Part shown: in pieces, positions 37,391 to 52,229 of the stretch | How positions within the stretch are numbered: position 1 is the first letter of the stretch | How the letters are laid out: each line of letters begins with the position of its first letter | The notes under the pieces: model-generated | Told to the model about the DNA's origin: nothing | Seen by the model: only the letters and a program-made list of their open reading frames with translations | Database searches by the model: none | Position numbers and translations under genes: made by a program | Assembly: GCA_032718475.1 (NCBI GenBank) | Contig: JAUCBJ010006829.1 | Location: 12,688 to 76,687 of the forward strand | DNA: 64,000 nucleotides | DNA from: Nemertoderma westbladi | Lineage: Eukaryota > Animalia > Xenacoelomorpha | Reading direction: 5' to 3'

Positions 37391-38574
37391 TGTAAAAGCT
37401 TTTGCGGAATTAGCCGGTTATTTTCCCCGCAAAGTACTCTGTAGTTGGTTTAACAGGCATAAAAGGCTGTATCCTTACTGTACTGGTGTTTTAGTGGACA
37501 TACAAAGCCATTTCTTCTGTATGTGTACTTTAGCGGACATAATTAGCAATTCTATGACGCAATGCGCTAGATCCTCTTGAAACAGTGTAGTTACTATGAC
37601 GACAGCTAACAGCTGAGCTGTACACGTGTAGCTTTTTCCTTGTTCTCTGATGTTTCTTTGTTCGGTCAACCAATCAGAGCGATTCTCCTGCTTTTTGTAC
37701 AGAAACCTCCGGGAAATCGCGCAATACATTATGGGTCAATGTTTACATTTTGTCCTGAGCCCAGAAGACCGGCTTTTGGAATCTCTGTGTTATCAGTCTT
37801 TAGCCCAACATTAGTAGGCTTAATTATAGAACGTATATCTGTTATCGAATCATAACAAACCATATCATAACTCACTAAACATATCAATCAAACTTAACTT
37901 AACATTTTACTGCTATTTACTGTCGGTTATTCATTATATCTGTTGATGGAATATTATTATATTTGGAATACCGATAAATAATTACAAACCCTCAATCTTC
38001 TTGATATACTGAAGGTAAGAGAGACCGGTTACATATAACGATTGCGATTTACATTAAAGTGGTTTTGAAGTGAATCTAATGCTATTTCATAGGCACTACA
38101 TGTATTGGCTGTTGTTCTCTTTATATGTGACTAAAATTAGTGAAGGTCGGCAGATCAGTGTGCAGCATTGTGCAGTATTGTGTATGATTGTGACTGATAA
38201 CAAAGCATCTCCTAAAGAATGCGCCATATACGTGAATCTATAGCCATCCGTTGTGTCTAGTTTAAGTCATAACTCTGTTTACATATTTAGAGCGCCACGT
38301 CCTAAAGGAACTGTTAATATTTCCCGAAAGTGAATAATATTTGTCAGAGATTATATATTACGACCAGTCGAATAATACAGTAGGCCTACACCGCAATACG
38401 GTTAGGCTTCCGAATCCAGTCTCCCGGGTATATCCAGCGGGTGAATGATCGCGCATAGACTGGCTTCGGCTAATGTAGTGTATCAAATACTCGTCATAGG
38501 CTAAAGACTATCTATTATCTAGAAGACATCCCAATTTGGCAGGTTAAACTGCTAAAGGTCTGAAAGCGCGAACA
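37391..38574 (+). repeat. 3' LTR of element A
   Basis: Direct repeat of 25902-27086 followed by TSD GAACC. Confidence 0.95.
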
Positions 38575-38579
38575 GAACC

Positions 38580-39142
38580 TAAGCTTGGTACTTGTTGTTG
38601 CTTATTGCACTTTAACTGATTACATTGCGCTGTATTATTTAATAAAACAATTATCAGTGCCTTGAAGACAACTTATCAATATTGGCAATGTTTCTGCTAA
38701 TGGGCTCCTTAGTCCTTCCATTTAGGTTCCTCACCTCTCTGTCCCTCATCATACCGTTTTTCTCTGCCATCCTGCCCTCTCACCTAATCGGTAGCGCCGT
38801 TCCAAGGCCCGCATCAGATGAGGCACTAGTAATTATGATCTTAATTACTTAATTTGGTTCTCCCTCATCAACTGGCTGAATATCTCCTCAGCCACCAACT
38901 CGTTTCCCTCATCCCTAATCATCGTTTCTTCTCCCTTTGAATGAATCTTCTTAATTAGTGGCCACTCCTACTTCTCATTGAGAAAGTGCGGTCCATGCTG
39001 CCACAACTCTTGCTTTTGCGAGAAAGCATGGTGTTCGATGCCTCTCGAGAGCAAGTCTGCTGGATTGTCATCCATTGAGTAGTAGTGCCACATATCCAAG
39101 TTAGTCGTCGCTCTTATTTCATCCATTTTATTTGCTATGAAT
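38580..39142 (-). pseudogene. BEL/Pao relic E, RNase H-downstream piece
   Basis: FIANKMDEIRATTNLDMWHYYSMDDNPADLLSRGIEHHAFSQKQELWQHGPHFL parallels B's DEIRVTTELERWHYCPTDENPADLLSRG...LWQHGPQFL. Confidence 0.8.
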
Positions 39143-39760
39143 ATGGAGTATAATAATAATAATAATATAATTTACAAGAGCTATGTGCACTTGATGGGAG
39201 TGAACCCGTAACCAAAATACGTAGTCTTATAATAGAGTTTGTCAGTAGAGTTTGTGGTAGAAACGTTGGAGATCGGGATTTACAGGCAGGCAGTTGGAGC
39301 AAGAGCAGGTAAGTATCCAGGTGCAGGGTGAGAGTTCGTTGTATTTGGTCTTGAAAATGGTTGTTGGCTAGTCGTTGCAAGTGGTACCAGAAATTATAGG
39401 TTGATGAAGAGTGGCGAAGTAAGGGTAGAATGAATAGCTGCGGGAGGCGGGTCAAGGTGCAGGTTGTACTATTGGAAGATAGTTTAATGTAAGGCTTTCA
39501 GTTGAAGTCGTACTTCTTGTTGAGAATAGCTGATAGTAGAAGGAGGTCATGCAGTTGTAGATATAGTGATAACAGCAGTAGTTTGAGTGCGGAAAGACAT
39601 TCTTTGTTTGAGAGGAATTGAGTATCCATCTTGTTAACGATGTTGTAACTGCTCTATTATGAGAGTGTCCTTGTGGTTGGCGTACCAGCATTATGATGCG
39701 TAGGTTGCGATTAGGACGATTAGAGTTTTTTAAGTGTGTGGCTTTGCACATGTTGATGAC
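39143..39760 (-). mobile_element. 3' fragment of an APE-type LINE (CR1/L2-like) with (TAT)n tail; its 5' stub is at 60187-60210 beyond element B
   Basis: (ATA)n at ~39150-39168; degenerate LKCCSS...KKL.S and SYSFYP...IFKTK motifs; interrupts relic E between NEKTRYH and FIANKMDEIR. Confidence 0.5.
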
Positions 39761-41269
39761 TGTGATGGGATCCTAGGAGGATCCCGGTTTATCCGGTTGT
39801 TGTAATTACGCGTCCCCGCCGTGTGTATGTGAAAAGATCGTTTTGAGAGTCCTGATGTTATTAATTCTCCGATATATGTATGATATAAACGTCAAATGGA
39901 TATAGTGTATAGAATGAGATAACTGATTAATTTACGGTATGTACTGAATACTAATAATGGCAGTAGACGGGGACAGTATTAGAAGTCACCGCTCTACCCT
40001 AGCTAACCGACTAACAGAATGAAATAACTAACTACAATAACATGATGACAGGTAATATATATTGCACGGTTTGGCCATTGTTACAGTACCTAGCCGGTGC
40101 CTTCCCCCCATTGGCTAATAACCTTGTTGGCGCCCTTTGGAGTGTTTCCCCTCACTCCTTCTATTCTCTCTCTGTCAGGGGTATGGCCCCTGACCCCTAT
40201 TGTGTGTTTCTCCTTCCCACTTTGTTGGGGTGGCACGAGGTAGGGTAATCAACCTCGTGGCCCCCAATATTGCTTAACAGCTTACTTTGTGGGGTGTTAG
40301 CGGAATTGGATAAGCTAACACTCCCCCCCATGCTATCTTCCCGGTGAGAAGATAGCATCCTCCTCAAGTGCGCTACAATTCCGTTGGATCCCGATCTAGT
40401 ATCGGGTGTGGGGTGGGCCTATTTTCTCTCGGAGCTGGCTTTCCAGGCCGCTCCCTATGGGTATGATAATGCTACCCTGTTCGCCTGGCGTCCCATGTCG
40501 GGCCGATCGTGCGCTCCTCTCACACGATTTTTGTTTCACGACTTTCGCCCTGACTCTCCTCCACTCTCACCCTAACTCTCGCATACTCTCGGACCTCCTC
40601 GTCCCTCACTCCGCCTCTTACTTCTCCCCCCCCCCCCCACATTTGAATTGCGCCCACGCTCTCTCCACACTCCGCACTCCACGCTCTATTACTCATATCT
40701 CGCCCTATCTCACCCTCTCGTTTCTGACGAGCCTCACCCCCCTTTTGTGCCGTCGCACTCAAGAAGTATGATGTCGTCAGCGTCTTGTCCGTGACTTACA
40801 GTACCATGGTCGATTAGTCCCCAGTCCCAGTAGCTAATTGGAAAAGGTCGTGCTTGACCACGGTACGCACTTTATAATATACATACGTGATTTACTTATA
40901 TAGTTATTATAAGGTTATTATTATCATATGTTATATTATATGCTCGTCTACATAACGCGCCTCATTCCCTCTCGGCCATTCTCCCCTGGCGACTTCTTCC
41001 AGTCGCTTCTCCCCTAATCTATTCACTTCCAACTTCCCCCATGTGATGTCTATCCAGACCTCCGAAGGCCATCTTGAAGGCTCTTCTGTAGTTCGGAGGT
41101 GATTCTAATATCCTTAATTTTTTTTATTTCAGATTTTGTGTTACTAACCCTACTTACCTTTCTGGCTACTATTTCTATGATATACTGTGCTCTCTTATCT
41201 CTTACTATACACTATTTATACCCCCCTATCACTGATTCTTACTACCAACGGTGCTCTATGCACCCTCTT

Positions 41270-41721
41270 ACTAACTAGTTCTACAACTAACTACTACTCT
41301 TACTAGCCGGTACTACGTACCCCCCTACTAACTCCTCTAACTCTACTAACTATCGGTACTACGTACCCTCTTACTACTTCTCTAACTCTACTCTTACTAG
41401 CCGGTACTACGTACCCTCTTACTACTCCTAACTCCACTAACTATCGGTACTACGTACCCTCTTACTAACTTCCAACTCTACTCTTACTAACCGGTACTAC
41501 GTACCCTCCTACTAACTCCTCTAACTAACGGTACTACGTACCCTCTTACTACTTCTAACTCCACTAACTATCGGTACTACGTACCCTCTTACTACTTCTA
41601 ACTAACTAACTCCACTAACTATCGGTACTACGTACCCTCTTACTACTTCCAACTCCACTAACTATCGGTACTACGTACCCTCTTACTACTTCTAACTCCA
41701 ACTCTCGGTACTACATACCTC

Positions 41722-41763
<42 letters not shown>

Positions 41764-41860
41764 CTAACTCTCGGTATTACGTACCTCCTAACTAACTAAC
41801 TAACTCTGACTCTAGGTACTACGTACCTTCTAACTAACTCCTAACTAACTAACTAACTCT
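41270..41860. repeat. Tandem repeats in element B 3' UTR (CGGTACTACGTACC core, ~40-bp units, plus (ACTA)n)
   Basis: Read directly. Confidence 0.85.
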
Positions 41861-41969
41861 AATTTTTATTTATTTTATTTTTATTTTATGTGTGGGAAGG
41901 GCATCTCGCCCTCAATCCCACCCCCCTCAGTCCAAAACTTGGACGACTAAACTCCTCTCTAACTCCAAT

Positions 41970-44281
41970 CTAAGGTGCCCTTTCTAATAGACAGCATTTC
42001 CCTACAGCTCTCCTGTAGGTTTTTCTGTCCTTCGCACCTATCTTGCCACCTATCAGCACTTCTACCGATCGGACTCTTCCGTCCTCATCGGAGTAAGTGC
42101 CTACAACTCTAGCCAACCGCCACTGGTTGTTGATGATAGTATCATCCGTAACGATCACGAGATCTCCCACTCTTAACTCCCTATTCGTCTTCCTCCACTT
42201 GCTTCTTTTGTGAAGCGTGGGTAGGTATTCCTCAACCCACCTCCTCCAATACTCTGCGCTTATCGCTTTAGCGACTTTCCAACTCTGGCGGGAGTGTATG
42301 TCGTCTGGGTCTACACCCCGCATATCGATGGTCGCTGGCCTTTCCATTAGAAAATGGCTGGGCGTCAGTACATCTAGTGACTCAGGGTCATCATTCTCCG
42401 GATATAGCGGTCTGCTATTAATGATACCCTCACACTTCGCAAGTACTGTTCTCAAGACGTCCTCCGTAACCATATGGGTGTTCATCAACTTCGTCATAAG
42501 ACGCTTCGAACTACCCACGAGTCTCTCGACGCATCCTAGCGTATGCGGTGCATACGGCATCCTCCTCTCCCACTTTACTTGTCGTCGTCTCATGGCTGCC
42601 CTGACTTCCTCCCCTTCCAAGATGTCCAAGGCCTCTGCCATCTCGTTCTCCGCTCCCACAAAGTTGGTTCCATTGTCGGAGTATATTACTGCGATCATCC
42701 CACCTTTGCGGTCTCTGAACCTTTCTAGAGCATTAATAAATGCTGATGCAGTTGCATCTTGGGCGAGTTCTATCCCTACCGCCCTCGTGTTGTTACATAC
42801 GAAGATAATACCGTAGCGTTTCTCCGTGTGCCGCATCACTTTGATCTTTATCGGCCCGAACATGTCCACACCGCAATGCGTAAATGGCGGGTCGTGCTGT
42901 TTTACCCTACTCGCCGGTAGTGGCGCCATCTCCTGTATGGCTCGCTCCTTCTTCGCTCGTCGGCAGGTCTGGCACTGCCCCACTACCGCTTTTACCTTCT
43001 TCCTCAACTGTTTGACCCAAAAGGTCCTCCGTATTTCCGTGAGGGTTCAGTTGGTGCCCCCGTGCAATATCGACTTGTGGGAGTCCCAGATAATCTGGTG
43101 GACTATTGGCGATCCTGTGGGGATGATGATGGGTTTCGGTGGTACGACTATGCTGTTGTTGTGCACCACCCTAGAGTTCATCACTAGAATCCCGTCGTCA
43201 TTGAGTTGTGGCGACAGCGTGATCAGCTCGCTGTCCCGTCGAAGATGCTGTTGTTTACCGACGCGTTCCACCTCGTTGCCATAGTTCTTCCGTTGTTCAT
43301 AGCGGATGACTGCTTTGGCCGCTCCTTTCAGAGCTATGGTTGTCCTGATCTTCTTGCCTTTGCCAACTCCCGTGAGGAAATTCCCGAAGGCTCTCCAGTA
43401 CGCCACTAATTTCTTGGTCTTATACCAACTAGAGCTGTAGCTGAGGAGTTTATCCGTCAGGTTATCGCACAGTTCTTCTGTCTTAGGTTGCACGTCCCTT
43501 ATCTCCCTCACCATCTGGGAGTATATCTCTTCTCCCTCTGAATCTCCCTCTTCTCCCTCTGATACTGTTTCTCCCAAGCCCGGGTCCACCTTTCTCATAG
43601 GCGGCCAGGCCTCCTTTTCGCTCAGAAACTGTGGCCCGTGTTGCCACAATACCTCTTTTTTTAAGAAAGTGTGGCGTGCCACGCCCCTCGATAACAAGTC
43701 CGCTGGGTTCTCGTCTGTAGGGCAGTAGTGCCACCTTTCTAGTTCTGTCGTCACCCTTATTTCGTCCACTCTATTTGGACGAATATAGGGTATCGCGTTT
43801 TCTCGTTATGTAGCCAGCCAAGCACTACCATGGAATCCGTCCAGTAGTGTGTCTCCACTATGTTGGGAATAGCCTCCATTATGTAGGCTGTGGCCCTAAC
43901 TCCTAGCCTCGCCGCTGTCAACTCTAGTTTGGGAACCGATGCCGAATCTGGTGGCGTTGACTTCGCCTTGCTGAAGGCAAGTCTGGGCTTGTGAGGCCCC
44001 TCTCGTTGTACTAAATAGAGTGCCGCTCCGTATACCTCTAGTGACGCATCGGAGAACATGTGCAGATCCAGGTTCGTCATGTCCCCATCCGGGAAATACA
44101 CTCGCGGCATGCTGTATGTTCCCATCTTCTCCAAACCTTCTGTCCACTTACACCACTGTTTCTTGATCTCTTCTGGTACATCTACGTCCACTCATCCTTC
44201 AGTTTGTATACTCTCTTGAGTATCTGTTTCCCCGTGACTAATAGTGGGGATGCTAGGCCTAGGGGATCGTATATCCTTGCT
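41970..44281 (-). pseudogene. pol: Element B Pol 3' part (RT end, RNase H, integrase) with frameshifts/stop
   Basis: ARIYDPLG; MFSDAS; WTDS; NPADLLSRG; GVDMFGP, SDNGTNF, VERLVG; ORFs 43757-44191, 43047-43769, 41970-43007. Confidence 0.92.
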
Positions 44282-46224
44282 CAATCACCTACATCGCCCC
44301 GGGTCTATAGCAATAGTGTTAACCGAAATTCTGTCCATCTTCAGGATTTTATCTCTGGAAATGGATTGTTTTCGGCTGGAACCCAGTTCAAGAAGCGAAC
44401 TGGAAAGCTATGGACTCATAGTGGACCCAGTGGTCACAAGTCCCAGATAGACCATATTCTGTTTCGTAGGAAATACAGGAGCTCTATACAAGACGGTAAT
44501 GATTTACACTTCGACCCTTCTCCAGTGATCACCGCCTTATTGTGGCCAAGGTAAGACTTAGTCTGCGTGCTAGCAGAACAACGAAATCTGCCTTGCCACG
44601 GCATGACTGGTCCTCTCTGTTGCAACAGCCAAGTGTGAGATCCAGCTTCACACTACAGCTGAGCAACAGGTATGAGGCTCTTGCCTCTGAGGCGGCAGAT
44701 CACTGTGAGGGCTATACTGCCTTTACAGAAGCAGTTAAGTTAGCAGCTGCAGAAACAGTTCCTGTATACCCTCGAAACAGGAAAAGGGCCCCCTGGACTG
44801 ACAACAAAATTCAGAAGTGCCGAAATGACCTTCATAAGGCGCAGAAAGAGTCCCGACTCAAACAGACTACAGCGGCCAAGAATGCAGTTAAAGCTGCATC
44901 TAGGTCCCTGAACAGGCAGTACTCTGTTAATCTACAGGAGCTAATAAACCAACAGGTTGATGCCATCAATGATGCTGACGACAGCAGGCAATCATCCCAG
45001 GCATGGAAATCGATCAATCTGCTTACTGGGCGGAAAAGCCAACCAACCACCAAGGTTAAGGCTGAATCACCAGCCGATCGCCTCAATGGTTGGAAAGCCC
45101 ACTTTGAAAAGCTCCTCAATAATGACAGGGTATTGCCTGATAACTTTATAGAAGTAAAAGTGTCTGAGTCTGTACTCCCAGATATTCCCATTGGCGATAT
45201 CTCCTTTGCAGAAGTGAAGGCTACTGCAAAGAGCATTAAGACCAATCGTGCCAGTGGAGTAGATGGTGTTCCCCCTGAGTGCCTGAGTGCTAAAATACCT
45301 GAGTGTTTAAAGCTCATCTATCCCATCATAGTAGACATGTACCGTACAACAAGAGTCCCACAAGAAATGAAAACAAATAAGTTGGAGCCAGTTCCCAAGA
45401 AGGGCAACCTAACACTCTATGGTTCTTTTCGGGGAATCTCATTGATCTCGATTGCTGCAAAACTATACAATAGAATTCTATTAAATCGCATCAGGGATCC
45501 CATTGAGAGACTGCTACGTGGAAATCAGAATGGGTTCCGTAAAGGTCGTGGGACCATGGAGCCCATTTTGGCACTTAGAAGGATAATTGAAGAGTTATCA
45601 AAAAAGAAAGACAGGCATCTGGCTGTTATCTTTGTTGACTTCTTCAAGGCCTTTGATTCAGTCTCTCGCTCACGTATGTTCAGCATACTTTCATTATATG
45701 GGATTCCTGATGAAATTATTGCAGCAATCAGATCAGTATATGATGGTTCGACAACATTTGTGTCTACTGTTGACGGTGACACAGAACCATTTGAAGTGTT
45801 ATGGGGCGTCCTCCAATGTGCGGAATATACGCACACCAAATATATAAGTGCTGACTGTATCCATCAGTCAGCCTTCAGTCGAACATAATGCTGACTGCAT
45901 CCGGCAGTCAGCTAAAGCAACAAGGAAAAAGGGTCAGCTGTCAGACAATACTAAAATATAATAATCTGCTGATCTGCTTGCTGGCTTGTCTCTCAAATAA
46001 TAATCATCTGTCAGCACTGTACCGGTAGTAAACCTTCACCAAAAGAAGTATACAGTATAAAATAGTATAAATCTACTGTAATAACTTTATTACATTCTCC
46101 CGCCCAAAAATAATCAATTGGGTACAGTTGCAAATAATATACACTAAAATTATTAAAAACATCTTTCGTAAATAACAATTACTGAACAATACATATTAAC
46201 TAACTACAAATCCGTCATTTGTTA

Positions 46225-49200
46225 CTAAAAACTTTCACTTCCAGAACTGCACTCAGACTTTGAAGACTCACTAATATCGTCATAATAAGATGAAACTCTC
46301 TCTCTAGCCGATTGAGCCGTCTTACGCTGTGAGGGCTGGCGTTCTGAAGGATTGTCGAACTTAACCACCGCTTGGGGGCGTGCAGAAACCACAGGGTTGT
46401 TACCAATAGGATCGTCGGAGGCGGGAGACGCTAATTCTATTGGATAGAGTTTCTTAATTGGTCTCTTGTATATTCCCGTAGCAGTACGTAAGGTTACGAA
46501 TCGAACCCACCCGTCATTACCCGGATGTAAGTCTATCACCTTGCCTAGATTCCAACGCCCACGCGGTAGGACATTATCATGGATGAGAACTACGTCTCCA
46601 ACACTCACAACATTACTAGGGTCACGAGAATCCTAACGATGGTGCTCCCGCAATGTTGTTAAATATTCCTTGGACCACCGGGTCCACAGATCACTCAATA
46701 ACTTTAGCAAACGAAGATGACCACGAGTTAGACTATCTCTAGATACAGTTGGACAATAATCGGGATCACGCCACACATCACTATCGAGGCTATTGGGATT
46801 ATACAATGTATTAATGCGGTGACCTGATATTAACATTGATGGAGTTAGTGGCTGTGGATCATTATTATCTCCCGAAACATAGGTAAGAGGTCTGTCATTC
46901 ATTATACACTCAACTTCAACAATAAGCGTTTGCAACTCTTCTAGAGATATTAACGCGCAACCTAACACCTTCTTCAAACTAGTCTTCATCATTCGCACCA
47001 GGCGTTCCCATATCCCGCCAAACCATGGTGCTGCTGGGGGGATAAAATCCCATGCAATTCGATGTGACAATAAGAACTTACTGACACTAGGGTCTTCTTT
47101 GGCCTGCCTTAAACAACCATCTGCTGAGGTGAATGTCGACGAATTATCACTCAACAATCTCGAGGGACACCCTCGCCGCCCAACAAATCGTCGCAGAGCC
47201 AGTAGGAAAGCATCAGTACTATTATCACGCACTATTTCTAAATGGACCGCACGACTCGCAGCACAAGTAAATAATGCTATATACACCTTGAATTTGTCGT
47301 CGTTGTCTTTCACTAATAAACTGCCGGTGTAATCTACACCACTACACTTAAATGGATGACATTCCTGTACTCGAATGTTAGGTAATGGGGGAGGAGGGGG
47401 TACTTGATAATGGGGACCTTGAATTTTACGACACGTTGTACATTGTCTGCACAGAGATCGAACTCGTTGACGGATAGCTGGAATCCACCACCTCTGTCTT
47501 AAGAAAACTACTGTATCTGCAATACCCGAGTGCTTAACTAAATGTTCATGCGTGTACTTAATGATTAAATGTGTTAACCAATGGTGGGATGGTAGAAACA
47601 AGGGGTATTTAGTTTCCCATGGCAGATTGGCATTGTCGATTCTTCCCACACTACGTATCACACCATCCATCATAGTAAGACGTAATTGACGCACAATAGT
47701 TGGCATACGACCTTTAGAAGTAATCAAGTAATCCCAAACCTCCGGATAAGATTCACGCTGTGCATGTTGGACTAACCAAATTTCAGCATCACGCACTTCA
47801 CTCACTCGTAACAATGGAAAAATATTAAAATGCACATTACTTGGCACAATATCAACTATAGTACGAGTACGAGATTTATCAACAATTGCACACTTTAAAT
47901 TTCTAATAAAACGAAATACTAAAGCTGTTACAGTTATCAACTTATTGAAATTCCCAAAACGTTTAATATCGATTGGACATATAACAGGGGGAGTACAAAT
48001 AACAGTCTCATTAACAGACATTGTTGCAATAGATACAATTGGCTGTTCACCTGGCTCCATTTGGTCAACAGAAATATCATTTTGATTTGGCCAATTATCA
48101 GATGTGAGCCAGGTTGGACCAGAAATCCATAAATTAAATTTAAGAAATTTCTTGGCCGAAATACCACGAGATAAACAATCAGCTGGATTGTCGTCTGTTG
48201 GTACATAAAGAAATGTACCATTGGGTAAGTTTTCTCTTATTTCTAGAACACGGCGTTGGATATACGGTTTTTGTATTTTGTCAGAATTAATCCAGGCCAA
48301 TGTTATTTTACTATCAGTCCACAAAAATAATTTATTACTATTATCAGTTTCAACTTTATAAACGTTTGTTACAAACTTTAGAAGTTTTGATCCAATAGCA
48401 GCAGCTGTCAATTCTAGCTGCGGTAATGAAGGCGTGGTTTTACCACCCTTGATTGGAGCAAGTTTACACTTGGAAATCACAAGTTTAGAAATATTATCTA
48501 AAACAATATAAATAACAGCACCGAAAGCTTTTCCTGATGCATCACAAAAAGCGTGTATAGATGCTTCAGGAGTTACACATAATTGCCTAGGCAGACAAAA
48601 ACTAAAGCACAAAATAAGATCAGAAACAATGTTATGCCACTCTTTTACAATGTTGTCTGGGAGTGGGGCGTCCCATTTAATACCGAGAGCCCATATATCC
48701 CGTATTAATAAACGAGATCGTATTGTCACTGGATTTATGAATCCCAATGGATCAAAAACCCTTGATGCCAAACTAACAACCTTACGTTTTGTTAAAATAA
48801 CCACTGATGATGTCATGTTCCTATCTTGGAATCCTATGACGTCATCAGACATGTTCCAACATAATCCCAAAACCTTTTGTTCATTATGAGTTACTTTAGG
48901 TCCGTCATGGTTTACTTTTATCAACTTAGCTAATTCTGGTGAATTAGTAACCCACTCCCTTAAAGGAAACCCACCAGCGGCTAAAATACCGCGACTTTCG
49001 TTATAAAAATTAATTAAACAATGCTCAGAATTATCATTAGCTTGTAAATTGTCTACGTACAAACCATTGAGAATACGTTGAGCGCATGGAGGGTTTAGTT
49101 TGCGGACATGATGACGCACAGTAGCATTGAGAAGGAATTGGGAACAAGTAGCACCAAAAAGGACTACTCGAAATCGATATGTGACCCAAGGACTGTGAGG

Positions 49201-51798
49201 ATTGGTTGGATCCTCTGGCCACATGAAGCGTGTGACGTCACGATCGTTTTCATCTAATATCACCTGTAAGTAAGCCTTCTCGATATCCGCCAATGCGCAA
49301 TACAGGTTCAGACGAAAACGCAGTAGCATTTCAATGAGATCTTGTGAGATTAAACTCGGTCCCGAATACAAACAATCGTTGAGACTCGGTAACCCGCGAC
49401 CAGCTCGTGCCGAACAATCGAATACGATTCGTAATGGAGTTGTTATCGATTGTTTTTCAACTCCATGGTGGGCTAGGTAGTGTATTTTAGAACCCGTAGC
49501 AATATAGGGGGGTGCTAGTTCTATAAATCCACGTTCTAACTGTTGAAGAATAATACTATTATAACATTCCAATAACAAAGGATTCTTTGACAACTTCGTC
49601 AATGTCGACTGAAGTCGCTTTATCGTTAATCCGTAATTGGATGGTAGACTTGGAAAATCCGGTTTCCAAGGTAGACGAACAACATATCTTCCATCAACAT
49701 ACTTAGTGTTTTCTTCAAATTCCTTCATAACAACTTCATCAATAGGGTTGGTGTCATCAGGTGATATACCGATTGTATCTAATCTCCAAAGTCGTTCGAG
49801 GGCATCATCAAGATTATCCGACTCTTCAACACAACCAATAAGGAGAGCCGTAATAACATTTGATTGAATTGAGTTTGATTGGGAATCACATAAAGGCAAT
49901 GTACCAGTAATGACATCACCAAGATTAGAAGGAAGCCGATAAATACCACCTTGAATACATTCCCCATAAACGAAGTTAAAGTACTGGTCGACTCCTATCA
50001 ACAACCCAATGTCAGATAAATCATCTCCGGTACGAGGATCTGCTAACTTAAATCCACGCAGCTGTAGTTGAGAGACCATCTTGGTACGACCCGGGGAAGA
50101 TAATCTAAGAGGCAACTTATCTACAACTAACGCCCAAGTCTCAATTAAACCATCCGAAGTTGAAATTCGGAAACGAACTTCATCATAAACCTTCCTTGGT
50201 CCTTCCTTATTAAATCCGTCTATAGAAGATGAAACCTTATTAATTGTCTTCAATCCTAATGCCTTGACAATTCGACGGAGTATAAAAGTACGTTGTGCAG
50301 CTTGATCGAGAATTGTACGAACAGAGTAATCATCCTCCTTCCCATCATTTAGGAATCTTATAGGACAGATTGCGGTAGGAAGTAATGTAGATCCACCCGA
50401 AGTTGCCAAACAAACATCGCCTGTATCAGATGTAATAGCTGCAACTGTACTAGGATTTGGTTTAGAATCCAAATGGAGAATGGTATGGTGACCCTTCCTA
50501 CATACTTGACAACCTTCCTCACTGAGACATGGTTTACCTTCTGAATGTCTATGTCTAAGACATCTTGTACATAAACGCAATTCTCTAACTCGAGCTAATT
50601 TAAGATTTGGAGTCTTATACTGTTCACACAATCGGGCAGGATGATCTGCCTTACATAGATAACAGGAAACCGGTCTGCGTTTCCTATCGAATGGTGTACT
50701 TGCTGTCGTGCTGAAAGAGCCAAGTGTTCCTCCAGTTTCAGAACCCACAGAATTGGTTGATGAATTTCTACTATCGCTTTTAAATTTACTACCATAGTTA
50801 TTCTGAGGTTTTAGGTAAGTACTTTGTGACTCAGTAGACCTTAACTGTTCGATTTCATCATTTAGAGCTACCCGTAACTCCTCAAGCGTCCAATAAGTGG
50901 AGCGAGCGGCCCTATTTATGTTACTACGAACTGAAGCAGGAAGCTTACGAAGAATTAGTTCGGCGTATACGTAGCCAGATTCCTCCACATTACCTCCAAG
51001 TTGTTTGATTCCACGCAGTTGCGCTTCATAATTTGCTCGAAATGAAGCTAAATCCTTCGAAGTCGCTTTAGGAGACTCCATATCGAACACTGTATTGAGA
51101 CGAGCCCTCATAATTAACTTTTTCTGACCATAAGTAGTCCTAAGAAGTTCAATGGCCTCAATATAATCATCATTACTTCTCTGGAAGTTTGTTACTAAAG
51201 AAGAAGCCTCACCAGAGAGTTGGCCTTCTAGATACGTAAATTTAGTGGCTCCAGCTAGATCAGTTCTCTTATGTATTGCATCCTCAAATCGATCCCAGAA
51301 ATTGGGCCATTCTATCGGATCGCCACTAAATTTTGGGAGTTTAAGGTTTGGAAGCTTCTGAGGGGTTAATCCCATAGGCCTCGTATTTCCTATCTGGGTT
51401 CTATCTAACCCAGTATTTTCCGGATTAAAACCGATGTGATCAGAAGGGTGGATTTGGCCATGCTGACTTACAGAATTACTTAGACCTAATAACTTATCTA
51501 CTCGACGCAATAAGGAACCTATCTGCATGTCATCCTTAGCAGATGAATTGATTTCGGTAACTAACTGATCTTCATCTTCTACAAGATGTTGAATCTCCTC
51601 AGTCAACTCAGCTATTTTCGCCCTCTGATTTCGCAATCCCTCGGATAAATCCTCTATAGTTTCAACATTGACATCATCGTGTAATGTACGGTTGGTGAAA
51701 TCTGAGTACATTTCGCCATGGAGATCTCCCATTAAACGAGTAGCGGTTGCTTTATGACCTGCTCTCCGTTTCCTTAACTTACCCAACGGTTCAGCCAT
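46225..51798 (-). CDS. gag-pol: Element C Gag-Pol polyprotein (1721 aa, then one in-frame TAG at 46633-46635, then the C-terminal domain)
   Basis: LPKFSGDPIEW capsid-like motif, Cys/His knuckles, LDQAAQ protease, YVDN RT, FCDAS RNase H, GVDYTG/SDN/WERL integrase; downstream VGDVVLI...PG.DG.VR domain in the same frame. Confidence 0.95.
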
Positions 51799-52211
51799 TC
51801 TATCTACAAGGCCTAGGTTAGGTAGATTAAATTACAAATATTTCTGGCCGGATTGACTTCGTAATTTGCGTTGTGTCACAGTTCCAGTTTATTTCCGAAT
51901 GCAGTAATGCAGTACCGGTACCGTTCAGCCGTTATATACCGCACTGACTAATAGGCCTACAGCAATATGAATATAGGTCTGTAGGTAGGCCAATAGGCTC
52001 GTTAGGCCTAACCGTCTGACCGTAGATACAGGTACGTCCGTCGAATACGCAGTTTACTGCTGTACCAGTGTACTGTATCCAAATATAACAGTTTGCAGTT
52101 TGAGCCTATCTGATTAATTACTCCAGTTCAGTACTGCAGTAGGTATTCCAGTATTCACCAAACTGCCAAACAGTATTCCCAAACACCGATTATATTCCTT
52201 CATTCAACAGG

Positions 52212-52229
52212 ATCCGGGTCCAGGCACCA
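52212..52229 (-). promoter_or_regulatory. Canonical tRNA primer-binding site of element C (TGGTGCCTGGACCCGGAT)
   Basis: TGG starts 3 nt inside the 5' LTR end; complement ...ATCCGGGTCCAGGCACCA resembles a tRNA 3' end (His/Phe-like; isotype not determined). Confidence 0.85.

Larger units (their letters stand above)
25902..38574 (+). mobile_element. BEL/Pao LTR retrotransposon A, full length, with multiple nonsense mutations
   Basis: TG...CA LTRs 25902-27086 and 37391-38574 (~1185 bp, nearly identical); 5-bp TSD GAACC (25897-25901, 38575-38579); PPT TTTTCTGGGAGCAG before 37391; gag-PR-RT-RH-IN order. Confidence 0.97.

Noticed and set aside
42217-42816. Long antisense ORFs over pol genes (also 33712-34368, 44832-45317)
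   Set aside because: Shadow ORFs of the coding strand.
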